This document shows positions 37,713-51,348 of a stretch of 58,684 nt of DNA, in pieces (position 1 is the stretch's first letter; the number at the start of each line of letters is the position of its first letter). The notes below the pieces were generated by a model. The model did no database searches. It was not told the DNA's origin and worked only from the letters and a program-made list of their open reading frames with translations. The translations under genes were made by a program, and so were the position numbers. The stretch lies in NCBI GenBank assembly GCA_001938485.1, contig MQRK01238019.1, positions 10,262 through 68,945 on the forward strand. The letters are read 5' to 3'. This stretch comes from Girardia tigrina (taxonomy: Eukaryota).

Positions 37713-39070
37713 AGACATTTTGGTCGAATAGTAAAAACAATAATTTTATATTTCTATTTACATTCCTTTATATTCACTAATTTTAATGCATCGTACATTT
37801 GGTATAAAAGAATCAATTCTTTACTGACAACATCATTTATTTTTTAAAATGAAATACAAATATTTATGTTCAGTATTGTACACGATTGTTGAGGAAATTA
37901 AAACAAAATTGTACATGTTTGAATAGACTAAATTTATTCTTATGAAAACCCGAGAGGGAAATCTGAGACTGGTGTTTCTTGCACAACTCTAAGATTCCAT
38001 TGAGTTTTGACAGACCAAAAAATTCTTCTTTCACAGACAAAAATTAGGATCGTTTCTTGTATTTGATGGTGGTCTCCCAAATATGAAGTTGGAAATGGCA
38101 AGAGAGGTCACAGCGCTTTATAGGTAATTGTAGGATATTCATTATCAACCAGTAACCAAAACGTATTCAGATTAATTTAGTTAAGTTTAGTATATTTAAA
38201 CAATAAATAATAATAAAATATATTTTCGCAATTGGATTTAATATGTTTATTGGTTCGTTGTTGTTTTTTAGAAATTTAGAAATTGCGGAACCCCTGAGTG
38301 TACTGGGGGAATCCTGGTTGAAAGCCACTGCTCTACTGTATCAGCAAATGTAAATAATCAAGAAACTAAAAAAATTGTAAGATAATAATACAAAAATTGA
38401 AACGTAGAAAATTTGAAGGCGAAATAAATGAAACAAATATACAATTTTTACAGCCATACTTTTGTATGAAAAACTTGATAAATAATTTTAATTAATAAGG
38501 TCAAAAAAAGAATAAATTTACAATGTTAATAAGTTAATCGATTCTATAAAATAATAAATAAATATTATTCCAAATTATACAATATAAAATTTAAAAAATT
38601 TAATAATTAAGATCATATTTCCAATTCCAAGTAGCAGAAGAAGACAAAAAAAGAATAAGTACATAATACTAACGAATTTCTTTACAAGAATCCTATTCTT
38701 GGGGGTATCTTATAAAAAACATTTTAATTAAAAAAAACAAAAACATTTTATATTTCCATTGCTTTAAAACATAAAATGACAAAAATTTATTCAGTTTACA
38801 TATGGACAATGAACCGAGAAACGTCCTCAACTCATACTGATCAGTCGAAAACATGCATTCCAAAATTTGGTCAAAATGTTTGGTAACATATTGAAACAGA
38901 CGCTTTTCAAAATAATTATAATAAAACATTATTTACAATTTATTTACAAACGAAAAAAAACAGGAATTATGTAAAAATAAAAGATTATTTAATCTTTATA
39001 CTAAGAGTTTTTTTCTTCTTAACTGATAAAATTGCTTTAATTGACATGATTTGCAATTAACTAAGACAGC

Positions 39071-39525
39071 CTAAACAAAACTCGATGTAACGTATGGGGA
39101 GTTTAGATCTCTCTGCTTTTGACAGAAATTAGGATTTTCCAGCGGATTACTGTGGTTTGCGATGGATATTGTATGAACATTTCTATCTACATTCATCGAG
39201 TTTAAATCTGCCTGAATTTTCTCCTTCAACGTTGAATAATTTTCTGTTTCTTTTTCATCGGATTGATAACCTACTGACGATGAAAAACATTTTAATTGAA
39301 GCTTTCCAGGACCGAAATTCGGTGGCATATAAGTCGATTTATTGATGATATTATCGGAATAATTAAACACATTATGCTCCAAGTTTGTTTGGTTAAGATC
39401 CTTGTTATGAATTAAATGTCTCAGACTTCCAGGAGATCCCGCATTATGGGTCATAGGTGTATACTTGGAATTGCTCAACATCATTAAATGAGTGTAACTT
39501 GAACCGTCATCTCCGATAAAGCATA
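39071..39525 (-). CDS. Last coding exon of a host gene; tail ending in PDZ-binding-type SSFV (possibly a protocadherin)
   Basis: TTTTAG acceptor, 151-codon open frame, stop after YVTSSFV; phase 1 matches the upstream exon; family assignment is inference. Confidence 0.75.
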
Positions 39526-39949
39526 CTAAAATAAAGTATTTTTTAATCAAAAAAAAATAGATGAAAAAAAACAGATTAATATAATTATTAAAATAAAAAT
39601 CCATTTGAACCATATTGTCATTTGACAGAGGATGATTGACGGAATATTATTGAAAATTGTTAATTGACTTTTAGTAAAATAAAATAGAGTTTTCATCAAA
39701 CAATATTCTCTTGGGACTTTTGCATTTGAAAAGAAAAGTCAGAAAAAATATTTAGTGAAGATAAAAAATATATTACATATTATTCAAAAAATATTTTATT
39801 TATAACTAAATATCACGTGACCAGTATTATCAATATGAATGTAAATGTGAATATAAATAAGGGTTCATTTATAACTTGAAATGTAAAAAAAAGTATGCAA
39901 AATGTTTGCGAATTTTAAACTGGTAGAGACGTTTAATTGAAGAAGTCTA

Positions 39950-40970
39950 TTTAGAAATCCCCATAAAACTAATCCTTGAGATAATCATAGAGGAATAAAT
40001 CATAATGATTGAGGTATGGAGAGTAGAGGCTTCTAAGTTCCACTTCCAGGGAGGGGAACTTGATAGATTATATATAAAACAATGATACATTCGTGAAAAT
40101 GCTCCTCAGAACACTAAGAACTTTTGAAGTTGGATAAAGTTGCATTACACCATATAAATCAACAATCATTAAAATTGCTCAACATAGGGCTTCTCAATAC
40201 TGTAAAATTATCAACACTTGAAGCTGCCTAACCGTTATCTTATCTTAAACGTAGAAATATCTACATTTTAAGAACAATTTGAAAGATTTCACATATGGAT
40301 AAGGCCTCCTCGAACGCAAGAAACATTGAACCAAAGATTATTGTCGTTCTCTGAAGGACTGTGGATCGATTTTGGTCAGAGAGAAACACAACAAAAACAT
40401 AACGCTATCCGATACGGCTTTATTAATCAAATTGTTCGAATGTGAAATTTGTTAAATTTTTAAATGCTTAATTCGTCATTTTTCAGATATCACAATTTAA
40501 CCAATGAAATGGATATTTGATCGCTCTTTTCGAACACTCGCTTAAGTGTCGTCTCATATTAACATTATCGGTAATCTAGCACTAATCTAATTGGACTGAA
40601 GATTTTACTTCTCAATTTTCCGAAATTCAGAAACAAATTCTCGATTGTCCAACTCTTATGTTCTATGACTCATCATTACCAGTTACATTTAACCTGCGAC
40701 GCATCCGATATCGTAATTGGAGCTGCATTGCATCAAAAGAGGGGACAGATACTTGAGCCTATTGAATTCTTTTCTTGAAAACTTTCAGACACTGAAACCC
40801 GATATTAAGCATTCGATCGAGAACTCTTAGCAATTCATGATGCTGTTTCACATTTTTCAATTTTTTCTTCAGGCCGCCAATTCGAAATATTAACCGATCA
40901 CAAGCCGCTGGTGCACCTTATCCAAATGAAAAACTCGTCACTTCCACAACATCGAAAGATTTTATATTTA
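39950..40970 (+). mobile_element. Decayed Ty3/Gypsy RT-RNase H fragment
   Basis: TCDASDIVIGAALHQ, FFS*KLSDTETRY*AFDRELLAI, FEILTDHKPLV. Confidence 0.88.
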
Positions 40971-41852
40971 TGAACATTCATATGAACATTTTTATAATCT
41001 TTCTGAGTCATCCTCACAGAACAATATTCACATTTGATTTCTCTCACAAAAGAGTAAACTTTCTCTTATAGTTGATTCAAAATAGTCGCATTAACTCTCT
41101 GTTTCGTAAAAAATATTAATGATTTGATTTTGTCCCCAAAAAGTAGTATATAATTTTTACGTTTTTTCTTTGCTCTAGTCTACTTCTAATCTTGTCTTCT
41201 TTATTCATTTGCTTAAAACAGTCAAAGCTTTTTTTCAAAAATTATTACATGTAATAAAAATTTACGATAAGAAGCATCTATTTAGTGTTATAAAAAGTCT
41301 TTTTTACCTACAATATATCGCTGTGACAATAAATCTAACATACATATTCACAAAATACGATACCAAAATTAGAGTATACAAATTTTTAAAATATTTTAAA
41401 GCCTACTATTTATATTTATAAACGTCTTATACATGAATTATTATATATTTTAGATGTCCAATTCCTAGAAGCTTCATAGTACATTGACATTTTAAAATTA
41501 AAATTATAACATCTTATCAACAAGTCACTTAATTAAACATATAATTATAGCGGAGAACAGGTATCTGTGAACATACAAAAACATAGGCGACAAGTATTTG
41601 TCATTCTGAAATAAAAATTCCCATTTCTAAATATCATGAATTTCGTTCCCTAAAATAACAGATTTGCCAGTAAAAGAGTGAAAAAACATTCTTCCATCCT
41701 TGATCATTTTTATCAAAAATTTATACGAATGATCAGGTTTCCCTTAGATTATACTGTTTTCACTCATGTAAAGGGATAGTCCGTTTATTAAAAAGATACT
41801 TATGAGGATGAAAAAGGTAATTAAATATGGCCGACACTTGTCTGACTTCCGA

Positions 41853-42097
41853 GGAGAAAGGATTTTCGTTCATGTATCTTTAAGCTCCCTATATGTTAAA
41901 TATGTTAGTAAGGAATTGTAATTTAAATTTGTTAGAATAATTGGAGGTTTAGAAATAGAATTCTAATTTATCAATCAGGAACGGTGTGTAACTACGAACG
42001 TTTTGTGAGAATTGTCCTGGAGATAATTCGAGTTGTGATGTCAGTAAAAGTATTAGAAATCATATTGGTGTTCTTAATAGAGTTAGTCATACTCTTC
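41853..42097 (+). mobile_element. Probable solo-LTR-like repeat (related copies ~29345-29530 and ~26400-26580 minus)
   Basis: Shared AATTGTAATTTAAATTTGTT.GAATAA and GAGAATTGT.CT..AATTC.A.TTGTGATG blocks. Confidence 0.45.
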
Positions 42098-42810
42098 AAA
42101 ATAATATATAAAATCAAAATATAAATAAAATAGAATGTTAATAAATAAATAATTTTTCTCTAAAGTAAAAGTTTCAAAATATTGATTTTTATAAATTTAT
42201 TTCACAGTTTTCTTTCAGTGACTTAACACCAGTGAACCTAATCAAGTTTGTAACCGATATTGAATTACCGATATTTTAAAAATGAAAATTTATTAAAAAA
42301 AGAAAATGTCGTTTAAAACAAAGTATTTTAATTTTATTAAATTTCAAATAATTTCTAAAAAAATGAAAAAAAATTAAAATAAAATGGTGTATTTTAATAG
42401 TGTATTTTTCATTGAACATTTTCTCAGTTTCTGTAAAATTTAATTTGTAGTAACGTTAAAAGGTCCGTAAACTAGTAGATTAATTAAGGCCTGTATTTTT
42501 ACTTTCAGTAAAAAAAACTCTCAGTATTTTTAAAATTGATTCCCAGTATTTTTAAATTAAATTCTCAATATTAAAAAAACCAATTTATTGTAGTGAATAA
42601 AGGTGGCCCGCTAGTTCCCCTTTTATACCACAATGTGCGAAATGTTAAAGTAGGATTGGTATATTAATTAAAATTTCGACCTTTATGATGATTACAAAAA
42701 TATTATGTCGAGGAAGGAATAATGTAAATAGTGATATTGTTCAAAATAATGCTCAGTGTTCTTTAACTCTTTAATTACTTGGAACGTTTGCATACGTTTT
42801 TGTATATATA

Positions 42811-43770
42811 TAGGGTGTTCCAAAAGTAATGGGATGAAATTATTTTGTATGTAAATCTGTAAAAATAAAAGAAAATGCAAAGTTAATGGTACATCTGTAT
42901 TTGCCAACATGCAGAGAGTGTTCTGAATGAGATCATATTCGCAGTTGGTTTCCCTGCAAGTTAGTGCACTGTTCATACCGTTCATACGCGGCATGACATA
43001 CTTTTTTTGATCATGTCCTGTGGTATAAATGATGCACTCTATCATGTCTCTGAGTTCAGCATTGGTTACAGGCCTTGTGCGGTAAACATGCGCCTTCAGG
43101 TAGCCCTAGAGGAAGTAATCACACACAGTTAAGTCAGGCGAACGAGGGAGGTACTCCATTGGACCACCTCTAACAATCCACCACTGAGGAAACCTTTCGT
43201 CGAGCAAGCTGCGTACTGAAGTTGTGTAATAGGAAGGAGCCCCGTCATGCTATAAGGTAAGCCTCTTGTATCTCGCATAAGGCCATACAGTTGTTTACAG
43301 AAGGTGTAGATAGGCATCAGCATTGACTGGGCCATCAAAGAAGTAAGGTCCCAAGACACCCACCGAAGTTACTTCACACCACACCATAATTCCTTGGTTA
43401 GAGTTTAGAATCTGCTCTTGAGCATGTGAATTCTTTGGATCCCACCGGACATTGTTGTGTCTTAACACTGCTCCAGATAGGTGCAACAAAGATTCGTCTG
43501 TCCACATTATGTAGTCCAATAAGTGAGGGTCGGCGTCGAATCTGTCCACAATAGTTTTAGAAAACTCTTCTGGCCTCTTAAAGTCGCAATCGCGGAGCAT
43601 TTGTAAGTGTTGCGGACGGTAGGGCTTAAGATCACGTTTCTCAAGCAGACGGTGGTAGCTCAATCGTGGCTGGTCTAGAGCGGCTGCCCACGAAAGACAT
43701 ACATTGAAGAATCTGCGGCGACCAACTTTTGAACTTTTTCGAACCGTTCAGGCATTGTAGATGTGGCTCA
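42811..43770 (-). mobile_element. 3' two-thirds of a DD41D element, same family as 3795-4724
   Basis: TIR TAGGGTGTTCCAAAAGTAAT; YIMWTDESLLHLSG, MVWC..GVLGPYFFDG, HDGAP, RSPDLTVCDYFL*GYLK. Confidence 0.88.
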
Positions 43771-43870
43771 AATACTGCCTTGATAGTCATAAACTGTTGA
43801 GTTGAGGTTGCAATATGAAAATGCCACTGTCTTCGTAACTCTTCCTAATTCAAAAAATGTGCAAATTGCG

Positions 43871-43904
<34 letters not shown>

Positions 43905-43954
43905 NNNNNNNNNNNNNNNNNNNNNNNNNNNNNNNNNNNNNNNNNNNNNNNNNN

Positions 43955-44004
<50 letters not shown>

Positions 44005-44174
44005 CATGAATATGTGTCCAAATAAAATGAAATTTCAATACAATCCGTGCTTTACTTATAATAAATTAATAATAAAAATTCAATCGCTATTCTTCAATGT
44101 AATTTCCCTATCTTAAAATATGTTAACTAATTTCTTAAATAACTTGAAAATTATATCGTAATGACAAATCTCAC

Positions 44175-44247
44175 CAGCCGATGTGTCGTCATTTCCGGAA
44201 ATTTCACAATCTCGTGAACTTCTGATCGTCTTTGATAAATGTTTCAT
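44175..44247 (-). CDS. Penultimate coding exon of the SSFV gene (MKHLSKTIRSSRDCEISGNDDTSA)
   Basis: TTTTTCTCAG acceptor, GTGAG donor, 73 nt, phase 0 to 1, joins 39525 in frame. Confidence 0.65.
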
Positions 44248-44599
44248 CTGAGAAAAAATATTTTCATCACAAATTGAAAAATATACTCAAATATAAAATG
44301 ATTTATACTCATAATGATTTCATAAAATATATATCTTTTCTTTCCTATCTTTTACAATCATTGGCGAAAGAAAACCAAAAACTAACATCGTTTGTCTATC
44401 CATACATCTTTCATATTTTAGTAATGCTATTTGTTATCTTGATTGATTAAGAATGTAGGATCGAATTTATAAATCATTATAAATAAGCATACTAAATAAA
44501 TTAACGTCTTCTTTTAAAGTAAGAAGGCTATTGTTACATTATAACCATTTGTAGGTTTTTTAAAAAGAAGTTAGGTAAGCTATTTGTTGATCAAGAAGT

Positions 44600-45200
44600 T
44601 TCGATTGAGCAATTATTAACATGGCTTTTACCGTTGAAATAGGAATTCTTCCATGTGATGGAGCTACATTTTGGCCGTGACGAAACTAGGGACCCACTCG
44701 AAGTCCAAAATTCTTAATGTAGCCTAATAATATCCCAATAAATAATTAAGCCCAAAAAGCCTAAACCCAAAAAGAACTCACCTTGCGTGTTTTTTACGAT
44801 GAGATATTAGCGTTTCATCGATTTCGACCAGTAGACCTGAGCCATCGATAATTGTTGGAATCTGCAAAAGCCGCAGGCGCGTATTTCGCGAAGAAAGTTC
44901 TTCTAGTCAACCGCGGTTGTCTGTTCAAACGATAATTCCTGTGAGCAGAATTTGATTGTTGCCAGATCTTTAAACCAGCAAGAAATGAATATAATTACTG
45001 TCCTGGACTTCATCTTAGACCGCTCCTGCCAAATTCTCTTTCGAAGACTAATTTCTTGCCGACACTGTCGGGCATTACACCTCCACCTGTCAGAAACATT
45101 TGAAAGTGTCATTTGGTGGCCATTGTTGCATAAACGTTACTGATGGATCACTCGGTGGATTTGCAAAAAACGTACTACCGTTCTTGTCATAAACGAGAGT
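44600..45200 (-). mobile_element. Merlin (IS1016/ISXO2-like) transposase remnant
   Basis: WRC...C...ISLR zinc ribbon, TAVD*KNFLRE, IIDGSGLLVEIDETLISHRKK. Confidence 0.85.
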
Positions 45201-48200
45201 CGAAAGCGTTAGAAAGTTCATCTCTGGTTTTACGTCCAAATGTAGAAAATCTTTGCACAAAATGAGTCTACAGGTGGATAAGGTGTGCTTTCTTAAGGGC
45301 GAACGTTTGAATATTCAAATGTCTAGACATCAGAAATAGGTCAAGGTTGCGAGCGTGCATTTAACTGGATCTGGCAAAAAGTGGCGGGGCTTACCTGTAA
45401 AAGATCCCCTATGGAATCTAATTTTAATTATTAATTTTAACTTATTAATTTTATTTCCTGTTTTTTTGATAATTTATTAAAAACGTAAATTAACGGAAAT
45501 TTTAACTGAAAAAAATATGACAAAATATGAAACTGTAAACGATCTTTAAAAATGTTCTGGCACGCCTTTTGTCATTTTGACAGCCATTTTTATGAGGAAT
45601 AAAAGAGATTAATGTTAATAATCTTTTTCCAGAAATGATTAATTACAAAAGAATAATATCCAATACAATTGAGAGACGATTTTATCAATGTTTTATCAAT
45701 ACAAAAATATATTTTCATAGAAAAAATAAATGACCAATGATAAATAATAAACCATTGTATTTTGTTATGAAACGACCCTTACAAAAGAAGACATTGTTCA
45801 TATTAATAAACGATTCTTACAATAATTCAGGAAGAATAAAGAAATAAAATATCTAAAACGATAAGAGCTTCAAAAATTATTGCCGATATAAAATTGAAGC
45901 TAATTTATTCTGTTCGTTCAAGTAAATTATTTGGAACATTAATGTACCTTCAATTTAAAGATCAAAATTACGTTTTTCGAGTTTAACATGACCTTTTTGT
46001 TTACAGAGACACTTACTTTTTCGCCAACCATTATTCTTGATGATTAAAAGGAATGTGAATTGAAGTAGTGAATAGAATTACTTGATAAAAGTTTATTTTT
46101 AAAATGGGATTGATGATTCCCGATTCTCTTATTAAAAGACAAAATGAATAAACAAAAAAATATTTTTGTCTACCTACATTAGCTTCTGTTTTTCTTTCAA
46201 AGATTGTTTAGGGGAACGTTCGCTTATTACGTAACGCTTAAGGGTAGATAGGCCAGGGTTCAAAAGGTTGATACGTAAGGAATAAAATATATTTCTCCTG
46301 GTACATAGACTAGGTCAAAACACGTGGTACATTAGCGTGAGCGAGAATTTATGGTTATTACAGAAGAATCACCGGGATTGGAGACATTCGAATGGGTAAA
46401 TATGGATAATGTGATATAAGATTCAATAATACATTTCGAATATCATTTGAGGATTCCATACCAGTTTTTGACTTAACTGAGAGCTTAAACTCTGGAAAAT
46501 GAATAAATGATGAATAAAATGAAATTTATTTTCGATAGTTTTCGATTTTTAAAAATTGATTGGTAGTTTGTATATTCTCCTAATACGTTTTTAAACATAA
46601 CCAGTAGTAGTTACTGTAAGTTTGGAAAAAAAAATCATCAAATTTTATAATTAATTGATCGAGTTGTGATTATTTAAAATCCAATAATGTCCAATACCAC
46701 CATCTACCAAATTTTTTATAGAGGGTTATAGTTTTTATCGAGGGATATATTAATAAATTGCTGAATTTTTTACTTTTGAATTTTTTTTGTTAAAACTTTT
46801 GTCAACAATATATATGTAGCAAAACTCTCCAGCTCTAATCAATATTTTGTCAATTGAAAATTTCTATAGGTAATACAATGTACTTATTTAGTTCAAACTT
46901 GTAAAACTAGATAATATTTTAAAAATAGGATGATAATTTATTTTGGTGATTCTGTGAAATGAAAATTAATAAAAAAATTATGAACAGTCGTTTAACTAAA
47001 CTGAGGACAACTAAATTTAAAACTTTGAATATATAATGTTTTTCCTTGGAATAAATGTTTTTCTAATCTGTTTTTTATTTTTGAGTCTCGTATCACAAAT
47101 TTATGCGACGCCCGAGTAACCACACCGTTCCGTAACATAACGAACCGGTCAGACTGAGTCGGATGATGTTATGTGCGACCCGATGGCGCATTGCCAGCCG
47201 ACGTGAACTGGCCCATCGAACCGATCGACGTCGGTTGTGTGGAGTAAATGCACAGCCCACCGTTCCGAGTTTCACTGATCGACGGGGAACCGCTACGAAT
47301 CGGTCGTAGGACCGACAATCAACGATGCACGAATGACCGACGAACTCCATGGGGCTTCGAGTGTTATCGACACGTCCGATCATCCTCGTCGGACAGAATC
47401 TCTCCGTAAGATAAAGGGGCGCCGGTTGCCACTGCTCGATACGGCACCTCACCTATCTTATCGAAAAATAGGAAGATTAGTCTTACATTGCTTCAAATAC
47501 CTCAATTTTGGTCAAGTAAAAATATTTGGATAGGTAACAGAGAGTTTTTTACAATTTCCATAAAGCGGAGAATATAAAAATGAGTTATAATTCACACTTT
47601 TGCTCGATTTTTAAGATATTAAAATTTAATCTAGTTTAAATACAAGACGTACATACTTTCTTATCTTGATCTTGAACATCTGAGAGTTAATTATCATATT
47701 TTGAGCTTACATACCGATTCTAATTTAATCCTATTAGGATATTGAAATTATCAAAGACAACTTTGAGTTTGTTAGAAAATCTTATACAATAATGTCTATA
47801 ACAAAAAATAAAATATGAAGGAAAACTCAGAAAGCTTAATGAAGCGATTAAAGTATGTTTAACAACTATTAAAAATGAAGGTTTAAGGAAAGTTCAAGAA
47901 CTCAAGCAACAAACACTTTTTAAAAACCAATGAAGTAAAGATAAGAAATATATAGAACCTTTCCAATTAGATTTATCTTTTTTCAAGACTTTTAGTTTAT
48001 ATACATATATATTTTTATACACCGTTTCATTACAAAAAAAACTTTAAAAATAAAGATCCTGTTAGAAAATTTAATATTTTTTAGTTCACATGATTTAGAA
48101 TTTAGCCGCCGTCAAATTGATAACCAACAAGGCAAGGTTCTGAAATACGGGGGTAATCTTACTAAGCAATGTCGTAAATTATCATTTGTTTATTGAAAAC

Positions 48201-48876
48201 AATTCAAATAAATTAAAGAAATAATTTTTAATACTAGATAAATCTAAAAAAAAGAAAGTTTTGCTTCAATATTCTATTGTTTAAAGAATATTCTTATAAC
48301 AATATTAAAAAAATCCTATTTGGCTTACGTGGAAAATTAATTATTAAAACTTAACAAATCTATTTTATATATAATGATATGATGCCTAAAGAATTCTTCT
48401 ATCTAATTTTCTTTATATTGTTTATTTATATATCAATTTATTTATATTTTCGAACGTTTATTAATCTGATAGACAGCCATTTTCATTTTGTTTAATTAAA
48501 TCAAAACTTCCCTAATTTTTATATGTATTTACATTCTCAGACTAAAACAAAGAAATTCCGAAAATAATCTGTATAAACTCTGTAAACGTAAAAACGACTA
48601 AAATCTATCCGGAAAAGATAAGAAAATTTGAAAGATTCTATCAAGTGGATCATTAAGGACGGAATGATTAGGACAAGTTTGCTTCGACACTCCACAATTA
48701 TCGTCCAATCAAATCGAATTACTTCAATGGAAAGCGTCATTAAAACAATTTATTAAAAGATTAAAATTTGTTATAATAGATTACTGAAAATTCGTTAGTC
48801 ATAAACTACCATGTTTAAGTTATATATATATACAAAACTAAAGTCAAAGTTTATTGATAATTTACGAATAAAAATA

Positions 48877-50168
48877 CATGGTGCGATCAATAAGTACTGA
48901 GCCTAACATAAAAATAATAATCCGATTCCAATGAAATTTATTTTTCATAACAAGCAACTTATAAAGGTATCATTTCTCAAAGAAATCTCCATTCACACCA
49001 ATACATTTTTTCCAGCATACAACAAGGTCCAGAAAGGTTTTTTCGAAGAATTTCGGTGGCTGTTGAGCCAAGAAATTTGAGACTGCATCCTTCAAGTCTT
49101 CTTTGGTAGCAAAATGTTGACCCCTGAGAGCTGGCTTGAGGTTGTTGAAGAGATGATAATCGGATGGCGCCAGATCCAGGCTGTATGGTGTGAGAGTAGG
49201 GTGAGGCCGCAACCCTCAATTGATGACATTGACAGCCCACTTGTGTGGATGGGTGCATTGTCGTGCAAATAATATAACTCACAAATTTCACGTGGCCTAC
49301 CTGACTTTCCTTCTCAGCTTTCTGGCCTGTAGCACGAGCCGGGAGTAGTATTCACTGTTGATACGAAAACCAGCTTCCGTAAAATCAGCAAGGATCATTC
49401 CATTTGCATCCCAAAAAGTTGTGAGCATGAGAGCTTTTTTGTGAGAGGTTGATGATCGCATCTTCTTTGAACACCCTTCCCCTGGCAGCTTCCACTCTTG
49501 AGACTCACGTCTTGATTCTGGGACATAAAGGGCAAGTGGTGTTTCATCCATTGTCATAATATTCTGTAAGAAGCGGTCTCAATACGTTCATAGAGGTTTA
49601 AGTTTTCCTGGCAGTACAGCAATCGCCAATCCTTCATGTCTGCCTTTAAAAACCGTGGCACGAAGCGTGAACACAATTTTCTAATTCCAGTTTCCGCAAG
49701 CAGTGATTGTATGCTACCTGTGCTGACATCTAATCGCATTGTCAGTTCTTTGGTGGTGATTCGTCGCTCACACTGCACGATTTTCTTGATTTTTTTCGCT
49801 ATTTCTTCGCTCATTTCACGTGGTCAACGTGACTTTTCTTCATCAAAAACAGACGTTCGACCATCTCGAAAATGGTTGAACCATCGTTTGACAGTAGATA
49901 GGGATGGGCTCTCTTCGCCATAAACAGAACTAAGCTCCACGAATATTTCTTCCCGGTTTTTCCCTTTCATTAACAAGAAACGAATAACGCTTCGATATTG
50001 AATGTTTTCCAATGACATTTTTGAATTTATGCGCTCTCTAACCTAAGCACAATTAATAGATTAAATATCACAAATATTACCTTAATAACTTGCTTGTTAT
50101 GAAAAAAAATTCTTTGGAATCAGAATATTATTTCTATGTTAGGATCACTACTTATTGAGCGCATCACG
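48877..50168 (-). mobile_element. Full-length decayed mariner (irritans-like)
   Basis: TIRs CATGGTGCGATCAATAAGTA / TACTTATTGAGCGCATCACG with TA; YRSVIRFL, SRFVPRFL, MTMDET, PYSLDLAPSDYHLF; several frameshifts. Confidence 0.9.
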
Positions 50169-50169
50169 T

Positions 50170-51348
50170 ATTTATTTCATTTAACAAAGTATGCGCCCAT
50201 ATTATCGAAATACTTTTGAAATATGAGCGGCCGCTTGTTGAGGCCATTTGAATAAAAATTTGCTAGGCGAAAATCTATAAATTCCTGAAAGGCTATTTTT
50301 ACAGTATCATCGGAATTAAATTGTTTCCTATCAAAAAGTTATTTAAATTTAAGAAGAAATTTCAGTCAATTGGTACTAGGTCTGATGAGTAAGGAGGATG
50401 ATCCAGAAGTCCAAACATAAGTTCCAGTTGTTAAGAGAAGTATGTGGTTTTGTATTGTCGCGAACGATATGGCAGTCGACGTGCTTACCAAAAGCGACTG
50501 TTTTACTTTGAGTTTCCGCATTATATCTTCCAATTGGTTGCAGTTGAATCAAGTTTCATGAATTCATTATGGATTACACCTGTAGCAGACCACCAAACAC
50601 TCACCATCAGTTTTTTTGATGAAGTTAGTGCTTTTGACTGATTGTTTTGTGGTGCTTCATTCATGTCCTCCCAACTTGCTGAACGTGTGTCATCATAGTG
50701 TATTCACTTTTCATCACGAGTGACGATTCGATTCATAAAATGATCATATTTATAACGAGAAAGCATCATCAATCAAGTATCCAAACGCTTTTTTTCAGTT
50801 TTTTACTCAACTTATGTTGTATACATTTATCCAGCTTTTTCACTTTACTAATTTAATCCAAGTGATTCAAAAAACAGCAAACACTATGAGCACTTTGAGA
50901 TGAATTTGAAACCACAGTTACATTGATTTCGTCATTGTCTATCAACGTTCCTGGGAAAACCCGAGACTCATTATTGAGGTTAAAGTTACCTTCCACGAAT
51001 TATCACGTTTTGAAGTTTCTTCTTTAATTTTTAGATCGTATTGTTATTTCTAATGAAAATTGGATTCTGTACAGCAACGAGAAGCGTTATGGCTAGTGGC
51101 TGCATAAATATGAGCTCCCTTAACACTTTCCAAAGGACAAAACCCATTAAAAAGGTTGAAGATGTAATCCACAACAACTTCTTGTAAACATGCCAGACTT
51201 CTATATCAGAGTCATATTTTCCAGAAATGTATGATATGTTTGAAAAATTACGTTATTATTATTGCAATTAAAGTGAATAATTATGTAATTTATCACGTTT
51301 TGAAATTAACAACCTAAAGAATGCAAAACATTTGTGTCAACTTAATAT
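50170..51348. mobile_element. Two decayed mariner fragments in opposite orientation
   Basis: Minus 50170-51000 (RIVTRDEK, HPPYSSDLVP); plus 51030-51348 (IVISNENWILYSN) ending in TIR-like GCAAAACATTTGTGTCAACTTAA|TA. Confidence 0.7.

Noticed and set aside
45143-45160. ATGGATCACTCGG resembling the 5.8S rRNA 5' end (also GTGGATCACTGG at 56767)
   Set aside because: Only ~12 nt match, no continuation, inside TE remnants
47560-48170. Possible PLE N-terminal remnant (FSRRQIDNQQGKVLKYGGNL)
   Set aside because: Single weak motif, insufficient support
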